A stretch of DNA of 63,589 nt, filler included, from Sphaeroforma arctica JP610 (Eukaryota): NCBI RefSeq assembly GCF_001186125.1. It is 6 parts of 4 records of this genome, joined end to end, with 100 filler letters (N's around TTAATTAATTAA, not from the genome) between each part and the next. Parts side by side here need not be neighbours in the genome. Positions count along the whole stretch, not along the records: positions 42,438 to 57,017 come from NW_014040553.1; positions 57,118 to 61,874 come from NW_014040552.1; positions 61,975 to 63,589 come from NW_014040551.1; 3 more parts are not named here. One strand, written 5' to 3'. The number at the start of each line of letters is the position of its first letter. Positions within the stretch are counted from its first letter, which is position 1. Below are positions 54,601 through 63,589 of the stretch, piece by piece. The notes below the pieces were generated by a model. That model had not been told where the DNA came from. It ran no database searches and saw only the letters and a list, made by a program, of their open reading frames with translations. Both the position numbers and the translations under genes were made by a program.

Positions 54601-56830
54601 TCCAGATTTTAATGAACTACCATACAAATCGAACCCCATTTTCAATTTCGCATGTCATTTGAATTTGCTCTTAACGCCATTGAGTCTTATCCCAAGAATT
54701 AGGACAGGAAACTAACTCTCTGTGGCATTCAAATTTGAATATTGTTACTTACCCAGGTCATGTCAGAAGCGTCGACGGCATCGATTGGACATCCCACATG
54801 TAAGTGTTTTCTCTTCAACTTAGTGTGTGCGGACTCAATTTTAGTGTTCATTTCCGCCGCTTGTGTTTCTGCAGAGTTTATCTTCCGCTTCTGTGCAATT
54901 TTTATGCATTTACATTAGGTGCATTCGTTGATGAGATAAAGTGCCATCCGAATAGCATGTCAGTTATAGCTCATACAAAATTAATCACACTTCCAAAACA
55001 ACCGTAAATCTCCCTATGACTCATGAAGTGGCAGCCTGGCAAAAGTCACCGATATACGTGCCTACCTTCCTTTGACTGGTGCTTGAGGTCTGCGATGCAA
55101 GAGTCTCAAAGCTCAGCACTGACGTGGTCTCTCCTCTATTCAAAAAAGACCTCTAAAAAATAATTATGAACATTGCAAAGATGCGATTAAAGAATATGAA
55201 AATGAGTTGGCTGTCATATTGAGCAAACATAACACTTACAACGTTTCGTCCATGCTTGTTAGCATCACACTAAATGAAATTGCTACCTCACTTCGAGGCG
55301 GCGTTGAAAGCTTATAACTAAAGTCTTGGCAACAACAAACTTTCCGTGTAAGTAGACAACCGAAACATCGAAATAAGCCATTGTAAGTCCTCGCGCACAA
55401 CACTAGGGGCAAAATAAAAAGAACCTTAGCTTTCGGCGGGCTACGCTGTCGGCTGCGAGGTTTTCTTGCTGCTACCAGGCGCGGAGACGTCGTTGGGCTG
55501 GGAATTTTCTTTGCTGATGCCTTCTTCTTCGATGTCTGTCGTGACGATCGACGAACGGATTAGTTAGGCAGCAGCCAAGTGAACTATTACCGCGAAACCA
55601 AATTTTGAGCATTCAATCAATGAGCACCATAGCAGTTTAGTCCCATCACTGGCATCATGCGGCCTCCTAATTTCACATTCTCGAAATTACACGCTAACAA
55701 GCAGCCATACCGTTTTCTTCACCACAGGTGATGACCCTCCTGAAGAGGGATGTACTTGTATAGTGGGCTTCGGGTCATCCTTCTCACTCAATTTGGACGG
55801 GCTGATCTTTGGCTGGCGATGTGGCGGAAAAATATATGAGAATGAACACATGCGGTAGAATTCTACAAATATATATGATATGAAGAAGACTAGAATATAA
55901 AGGTGGCAAAATGATCTTATTTTGCGACATACCGACTTCAGTACATTCCGTTTTAGCTTTTTGGTTATGGGTACATTCGCGTTCGTTATCGGTTCAGTAG
56001 CGACGTCTTCAAATAACGTACCAGCGTCAGGCCACATGATATTGTAATTGGGATTCAAGAGTCGCGAGAGGCCTCCAAGTCCATTATTCTTCGGTGAAGT
56101 CTCATTTACTGATGCTCCTAGGCACATGTCAAACGCCACGAAAATAAAATTATGAATGGCTGAGGGTAATCACAAACGTGTAGCGAATTTAACAATATTG
56201 TAACACGTACACTAAATACCTTTGTTTTTTCCCTTAGCCGGTGACTTCTTATTGGCTGAGGCCGTCGGCGTCAGCGTTGGACTATTGAAACCCTTCGAGT
56301 CACCGCTTTTCATTGCCAAAAGAAAAGCAGCTGCCTGCCCTTGTTCTGAGATGATCGGCTGTTTTGGCAGTAAATCGAATAAACGATTCAGCGTATGAAA
56401 CTCTGGGTTGTGACTTTTAGACGACCATATTGTATATGTCGAGTGGAATTTACAATTTACTTACTGAAGATTCTGCGAAATCACCATTAGTAGTGCCACG
56501 ACTCATTAAGATATCACTGGAAGCTGTTCTGTGAAGGTTCGTCTGCTTTGAGGCAATCAGCATTGGTGACTTTGGTGAATTCACTTCGCTGTACTGCTGA
56601 GTAGGCAACTCGATCTTGCACACATTCACAGTCGGCGCTCCCAATGGGTGAAATTGTGTTGCTGGAGCACTAACTACCGGTGCCTGACCAACGTCAGCTT
56701 GTAAATTCATTTTAAAGCAAGGTGCACCAGCCTGTCTGGCATCGCTAAGTTGACTAGTCTTGGCATCAACGGGAATCCTTCCACTTAAGGCATTATGATC
56801 GTGTGATTGCTCTGTGATTGCAAGTTTTCC
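51696..56830 (-). CDS. Class II (IIa-type) histone deacetylase with an upstream Tudor/chromo-barrel-like domain; 5' exons uncertain
   Basis: Confident exons: 55152-55066, 54890-54753, 54582-53600, 53436-53160, 53015-52803, 52699-52358, 52244-52134, 51944-51696. Further S/P/K-rich exons probably lie at 55290-56830. Motifs: HPERPDRI, RPPGHHA, GFCFFNN, DWDVHHGNGTQ, SLHRYD..FYPGTG, SAGFDA, LEGGY, VVRVHRKYWKCM. Confidence 0.93.
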
Positions 56831-57157
56831 AAGAACATAGAAATGAAGATATGTATGACAATAGTGAACTGCTGTCATTGACTTTCACCCATCGCTAGTG
56901 ATTGAACAAGCAAGCCTGCTGGATTCAAAAATTTAAAAATACATACATATATATATATATAGATTTAGCTAACAATATAGATATAAGTATACATATAGAC
57001 ACAAATACACACACACANNNNNNNNNNNNNNNNNNNNNNNNNNNNNNNNNNNNNNNNNNNNTTAATTAATTAANNNNNNNNNNNNNNNNNNNNNNNNNNN
57101 NNNNNNNNNNNNNNNNNTTGTTTATCGCGAACCTAAAACAATAAGCTACGATTGAGT

Positions 57158-59247
57158 ATGGCCAACACACGACAAAGCCGTCGACAGCAGCAGCTCTCCC
57201 CGGAGCAGCGCGAACGCGAGGACATCCATCAGCGCGGACGTAGACGACAGCGCCAAGAACGAACAGCTCTGGACGGAGGACGTCCGAACAACCTTAACGA
57301 AGAACACCGAACTAATCAGTCGGTACTTCAACGTATATTGATGGCACAACAGAATCGTACTGAGAGAATTACTACACCTAGTGATGTAGACTTCACGGAA
57401 CAAGGGTTGGGGACCCCCGAGGCAATGGGAGCCGCACGTTTGGCAACACCTAACCATCTGCAGGCTACGGCGACAGTGAGAGAGGGTGTAAACAACACAA
57501 CGGGAGGACGTCATCGTAATCGTCCCAGAGGAACGAGACAGAGCCGAGATCGAGAGAACGACACTCCAGAACAGCTGACGAGTCTCCTCCGCCGTTAACA
57601 ATCGTTGTTAGATAAGTATGACCGACGTCTACAGCGCCTACGACGATCTACCACACCTCAGACATCCGACAACTTAGAGTTTCGCATCCGAGGGGCAGAC
57701 CGGAGGGAAGTGAGGCACCGCAGGACGAAGTATCGCTACATGACTTTGTACAAGAACAACACCGGGCTCAGAAGAACCCTCATGGTAGAGAAGCATTGGA
57801 TAACCGTCGCGATAACATGGAGATATCGTTGCACACACGACGACAAAGCCGCCAATTCGAGCAAGAGGCGCTCAGTGACATGCTACCGGCACAACGGATG
57901 CTTGAACGTACCCCGTCGAGTCAAGCGGTATCGGCAGATAAGCGTAGAAGACTCGACCAGCAGTATACACCCCCAACACCGGAAAGTATAGCAGCCGATC
58001 GTCAGGCCTTACACGCACGAATGCTTAAACTATCGGAAGAACTATGTAGTGCGGTAGAGGCTAATAACTTACCACGTGCAGAGGCACTACGAGGCGTGCT
58101 CGAGACACTACGGGCAACGCATGATTCTCGTCCAACGACCAAACAGGAGTCACGGGAACCTCGTAGCTGGCCTGAATGGCCTTCTAACAGATACAACCAT
58201 AGCAACATCATGGAGCGCGATACAAAAGGGGCTTTACGAGAGGCCCTTAAGAATGCGCAGATATCGGGGTTGGATGAAGCGTGGAGTCTTCGTTGGTTCT
58301 ACAAAGTGTTGAGTCATTTCAAAGCTGAACAATCCACACTTGATTATATTAAATCCAATCATCAACGTCTAGTGGTGTGGACTCCCGAGCTGCAGATTAT
58401 GCAAATTTGTTCACATGAGACTCAGGCGACGGTCGACCCGACCTTTCGTAAGCTAGCGAAGGGACATCTCAAGCTCAGCAATGTCCCATTAACGGAACAG
58501 ATGACTTATCTAATAGAGAATCACCGTCAAGCACATGAGCGTTGTCAAACAGATGCCGAATTCAAGCAGAACTTACTGAACCATTGCATCGTTCAACTCT
58601 TGGAGGATACTCTTGGCTCGTGTACATATGAACGGACTTTGCAGTTGCACCCTAAATGGCAACTGATGGAAACCCACGAGTTACTACAGCTACTGAGCCC
58701 GGATATCCAAGAGGCACAGATGCGTTCCACACAACGTCTAACGAATCGTCGTGGTCACAATGGGGACACAGGCAGAAGTGAGGCGACAGGTCGACCCAAC
58801 CCCCATATAGGTCAACGTCAACACCAACAGTGGCAACAACGGCCAACAGCGACGGCTACAGCAACCACATGTAACTGTTGCCGGGCGCATGCACCTCCAG
58901 GCCTCCGGCACATACCATGGTGCCACCACTACAGGGCGGTACAATCAGGGGTGCAGGACAATAGATCGCGATCGTCAGATACCAATATTCACAGCAGAGA
59001 CATACAGTCGTCGCAACGTACAACGCTACCGCAAGGGCAAGAACGCCACCAGTCGCAGTTTCCAACGACAAACACGTCCACGCCACAGGTTAATGTGGTC
59101 ACACAAGAGGACGTCCCCAGGAACGGCACCCAGTCTGCCACAGAGATACATATACATTCGATCTTGACGGAGGAAGCTGGACACGGCGACGATTCCTATC
59201 CGACTACACCACAGTCGTCATGGACCCCGTTCCCGCAGCAACCCTGA
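57158..59247 (+). pseudogene. Gag-like ORF, interrupted by a stop (57596-57598) and one frameshift (~57700)
   Basis: R/Q-rich N-terminus MANTRQSRR, a helical core, and an atypical knuckle CNCCRAHAPPGLRHIPWC (58870-58923); lies directly upstream of pol. Confidence 0.7.
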
Positions 59248-59287
59248 GACGTCAGGGTGACCGACGATGATGTAGCACTTACGCTGA

Positions 59288-61874
59288 CACAGTTATGACA
59301 GGCAGCAATGGCGATTCCAAGACCCACTGCTGTCTTCCGATAACCGTGTCTACATCCAACTGCAAATGAATGGACGTACATTCCGTGCGTTGGTGGACAC
59401 CGGTACCAACCGTGGCTGCATTGCTCGGCCATCCGCAGACCTTTTAGGACGACTAATCACACCAGCACCAACCGGTTCGTTCATATACTTAGCAGACAAG
59501 GCAGCCCGTACTCCTCGGCTGGGAACAACAGAGGTACTACCGATACGTTATGGTTCCGAGATTATCAACGGGTCGTTTGAACTGATGAGTCTACCCGACG
59601 GCATCGATATCATACTTGGGCTCGATATGATGCCTAAACTAGGATTATACCTGGGAAAGATACAACCACCACTGACACCAATCGACCCAACAGAGCTCGA
59701 CGACCTTCTCAAGCCAGTGGCTCGCCGCCAGGCCCCCGACATTACCGAACCAGACGGAGTGCGGGCACGACTTGCCACAGTTTTAGAAACGAACGCCGCT
59801 ATTGAGGACAATGCACGTAGTCGCTTAGAGGGGTGTGAGGTGGCGATACCAGTAACCCGCGAGCAAGCAATGAGCATGAGAAGGTCAACACGTAGTTTCG
59901 TATCCGATCGATGGCTTCCGTACGTCGACGAACAAGAACAGAAAAGGTTAAAAGACTTGGTGATCACGGAGCGTACGACACCGACGACGGTTAATCTTCC
60001 ACTTATAGCGGTTCCGACATTCTACAGTGAGGGCAACGTTAAGAAGGTACGCGTCTGCCTAGATATGCGAGCGGTCAACGCACTGGTACCAGGAGACCAG
60101 TTCTTGATACCGAAAGTGAATGAGATCATTTCTAGATTAAAGAGCAGGAAGTACTATATTACACTCGACATATCGGCATCATATCATAGACTCCCGATAC
60201 ATCTCGACTCTAGATATCTGTTCAGCTTCCCTAACGACAGATACCAGTACTCGTTCACATCGGCACCATTCGGTTTACACGTGCTGACACAGCAATTTCA
60301 ACGAACACTTAGTACGATACTCGATGGTTTGCCAGTCCACCACTACACCGACGACATAGTAATAGCAAACGACGATTACGAGGAACACGTGGCTACAGTG
60401 AAGGAGGTGATCAAGAGACTGACATACCATATCTTCAAACTGAATCCGGCCAAGTGTCATTTCGCAATTGCGGAAGTTATGATACAGGGCAAGAAAGTCT
60501 CGGCGAAGGGGATTGATATCGACTTTGAGAAACAGGCCAAACTTCTAAACTGGCCAACACCTCAACGGTACAAGGACATTGCCTCAGCGTTGGGCCTGGC
60601 TAATTTCTTGTACGAGCACCTACCCAAATTTGCACACGTGGTGGCGCCACTACGTGAATTCTGTAAACTCAAACCAAACGAACTGATAGGGGACAGGTGG
60701 GAGCGACGCCATGCGGACGCTTGGCGAGCGATGAAGGATGCGATAGTGAACACAGTAACATTACACTTCCCGGTAGATAACGTCACACTCAACCTCGAGA
60801 CGGACGCTAGTGACTACGGACTAGGGGGAGCGCTATTTCAGTGGGTGGAGGGCAAGAAACACTACCTCATGTTCTTTAGTAAGACCCTCAATCACGCTCA
60901 GCAGAACTATGCAACGCCGATGAAGGAACTCCTGGCGTTAGTTTATGGTTTGATACACTTCCGCGACTACCTCGACGGACAACGTTTCACGGTGTTTACG
61001 GATCACAAGGCTTTAGTATATATGAACACCCAACTGAAGCTTAACCCTATGTTACAGCGTTGGCATCATATCATAGCGCCTTTTAATTTTACTATTTCGC
61101 ATATACCGGGGGAGAAGAACATACTGCCGGACATGCTCAGTCGGATACATGAAGAAACGGCAGAGATGGATATACCAGAGGTGCTGTATGCAGACTGCTG
61201 GCAACTATTTCCCAGCTATTTTGAACAGGCTCAACGTATCTTTGGCCATAACAATATAGACGTATTCGCAGCACCTCACAACGCTCAGCTGCCCAGGTTC
61301 TGGACTAAGAATGACCGCAATGGGGCGTTTGACCATAACTGGGCGCTGGTCGATGGATGGATGAACCCGCCATGGAAACTGATACACCGCATGCTACGGA
61401 AGATCAAAACAGATGAAGCCACGGCAACGGTATGCCTACCTTGGACCCCTCGAGCACCATGGGTTGACCTCTTCAAATCATTACTGCAAGCCGAGCCCGT
61501 GGTAGTACCCCGAACCCCGCATACATTTCTGAAATATGCGAAGTATGCTTGCGGGAAGACTCCATGGGGCCACACGGTGGTGGCACGAGTGGGCCCACCG
61601 TCGGGATTCCAACTAGCAGAGAGCTTTACCCAACGGTTAGGATACGCCGAGCCTCGTCACACACCACAACATCAATGTTTGGACACTGCGCGGGAGATTT
61701 TCGTTGCGTTGACTAGTGAAGCGGCACAACCAGCGTTCGTGAGTGCCACTCCGATGGAACAACAACGGCGGACACAACTCACACAGGCGCTTCCTGAGCA
61801 AGGCCATCACGGCGCCGCCGATACTATCCAACAGTTGCAACAGAACGGACATGTCTGGCCGGGGGCGTTAGAAC
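59288..61874 (+). CDS. pol: Pol polyprotein: aspartic protease, reverse transcriptase, RNase H, Dam-like N6-adenine methyltransferase, integrase N-terminus (truncated by gap)
   Basis: Frame open from 59288 (first ATG 59366) to the gap. PR: ALVDTG, IILGLD. RT: LDISASYH, APFGL, YTDD (60344-60355). RNase H: TDASDYGLGG, KELLAL, TDHKAL, PGEKNILPDMLSR. MTase: IDVFA, WMNPPW. Integrase zinc finger start: GHHGAADT...WPG. Confidence 0.93.
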
Positions 61875-62022
61875 NNNNNNNNNNNNNNNNNNNNNNNNNN
61901 NNNNNNNNNNNNNNNNNNTTAATTAATTAANNNNNNNNNNNNNNNNNNNNNNNNNNNNNNNNNNNNNNNNNNNNACGTACACGTGTGTGTATGTGTGTGT
62001 GTGTGTACACGTACACGTGTGT

Positions 62023-62054
<32 letters not shown>

Positions 62055-62070
62055 ACACGTACACGTGTGT

Positions 62071-62106
<36 letters not shown>

Positions 62107-62118
62107 ACGTACACGTGT

Positions 62119-62149
<31 letters not shown>

Positions 62150-62158
62150 CACGTACAC

Positions 62159-62191
<33 letters not shown>

Positions 62192-63116
62192 TGTGTGTGT
62201 TTGTACTCACATATATTCATATATGCATGCATGTATATGCACATATATATTAATATTAATAAAAGATATTCTTGTGTATATACAATAATAATGGAAGTAG
62301 TAATGAAGTAGAAAAACTCAGACCACTGTATTTACTTGCTCACCTGTCCAGAATACATTCATTATGCGTGAATACAGTCAAATACACATAATGTAATGTT
62401 GGATCGATAAACTTGCGTCTATAGCCTTGATCCTTAATACCATGTACATGTTTGTCGAACGTATTGACGCTGCACAGAGTTACATTCGTGCACGTATCAA
62501 GTTTGCGACTATTATTGATATTGTATAAATGGTTTTTTAGTTTTATGTCCTTCGCAAATATATACATGTTACAATATAGGAAGACAAACAGAAATAATAT
62601 CATTCCTCACTGGGCAATTTCCATTTCATAGTTTCCTTTCTCCTGAGACCGAGGTTTATGGAAACTTGTCGAATTTGTGGCTGAGTAGGAGCTCCTTCAT
62701 AAAATCGAACGAGAGCTGACAAACAGGCCTATACGATCAAAGCAAATAGTGAAAAAATTGTCATATCAATCTTGTTATACGTTGCAGAGACTGCAGGCAC
62801 ATTCAGAAATCGTTTGAAGTTGATTGTTAGCCGCCTAATTCATTCGTCTCGTGACGTATGAGATATGAGTACATACTACATACACACGAACACAAAGTGA
62901 AAACTGACTTACGGAAGCGAATATAAAGGTTTAAAATTTTAAGTGCAGGATTTGAAGCACCATTGAGCCGCCTAATTTAATCGACTCATAGAACATGAGT
63001 AGTCGATAAGCGATAAGAGCCTTGGGCGCCCTTCGTGCATATATACAACAAATACTTACACGCGCACAATACACACAAATATAAAATATGTGCAAATGTA
63101 GAAATTTAATAAATTA

Positions 63117-63198
63117 TTTCAAGTGCAGGATTTGAACCTACGCGCTCAGAGAGCATGAGATTTCAAGTCTCACTCCTTAACCACTCGGACAACTTGAT
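63117..63198 (-). tRNA. tRNA-Ser(TGA), 82 nt, possibly a pseudogene
   Basis: ATCAAGT TG TCCGAGTGGTTAAGGA G TGAGA CT-TGA-AA TCTCA TGCTCTCTGAGCGC GTAGG TTCAAAT CCTGC ACTTGAA A. It folds as a cloverleaf with a long variable arm, but has an A1:A72 mismatch. Confidence 0.88.
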
Positions 63199-63589
63199 GT
63201 TAATATTATGGAAAAGAAATACATTATAAATCACTCACTACATAAAGACAAGAAATTGATTTGTGGCAGTATGACCCACGAATCAATGTATTAGCTGGTA
63301 GGGCAGATAATACAGAACTTCTAAACAACTAACAAGGGTTAATAGTTTATTTATTTGAAATTTTGCTGACGGTCGACAATACTTCAAGATGGAAGTACTG
63401 TACTGCTAGCAGTGAACCGATACTGTTAGTCAGTAGTTCGCTCAGATAATGTAAATAATGCGGAGCCGGTTGTTATGGACCTAGGGTCTGGCGCATGCAC
63501 CTGGCCTTGGGTTAAAGGCACATTCTGTTCACCCTTATACTACAGCCCAGGGGAGACTCAAGGTTGTGGTTGAAAATATTTGGGCTGAC

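Larger units (their letters stand above)
57118..61874 (+). mobile_element. Ty3/gypsy-like retrotransposon internal region carrying a DNA adenine methyltransferase domain; both ends in gaps
   Basis: A gag-like region is followed by pol in the order PR-RT-RH-MTase-start of integrase. The element fills an entire contig between two linkers. Confidence 0.92.

Noticed and set aside
59288..61874. Calling the MTase element a DIRS retrotransposon
   Set aside because: It has an aspartic protease, gypsy-type RT/RNase H motifs and an integrase-like GH.G...WPG segment, none of which fit DIRS architecture.
61875..63198. tRNA-targeted integration of the MTase element
   Set aside because: The element lies 3' of the tRNA, over 1.1 kb away and across an artificial linker.

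Overview
Eukaryotic, intron-rich genomic scaffold with (TA)n/(TG)n-rich introns and GT-AG splicing. The gene content looks opisthokont; a unicellular holozoan such as an ichthyosporean is my inference only. Contigs are joined by five artificial 100-nt N-TTAATTAATTAA-N linkers. Genes reconstructed by hand, in order: an 18-exon Nedd4/Rsp5-family C2-4xWW-HECT E3 ligase; a divergent intronless pair (long-chain acyl-CoA synthetase and a bacterial-looking AlkJ/BetA-like GMC oxidoreductase); a FAM20/Four-jointed-like kinase; a decayed Ty3/gypsy element with its 5' LTR; the 3' exons of SLU7; a 71-aa single-TM ORF; RBX1; a Cys/His-rich bZIP factor; APC10; a Tudor-fused class IIa-type HDAC that keeps the catalytic Tyr; a second Ty3/gypsy-like element; and tRNA-Ser(TGA). 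The top finding is in the second retroelement. Its open Pol frame reads protease-RT-RNase H, then a Dam-like DNA N6-adenine methyltransferase (DVFA...NPPW), then the start of an integrase zinc finger. That MTase is known from DIRS elements but is not part of the canonical gypsy Pol. Several intronic minisatellites are built from units that look like complete mini-introns. All family calls come from motif recognition; no database searches were run.
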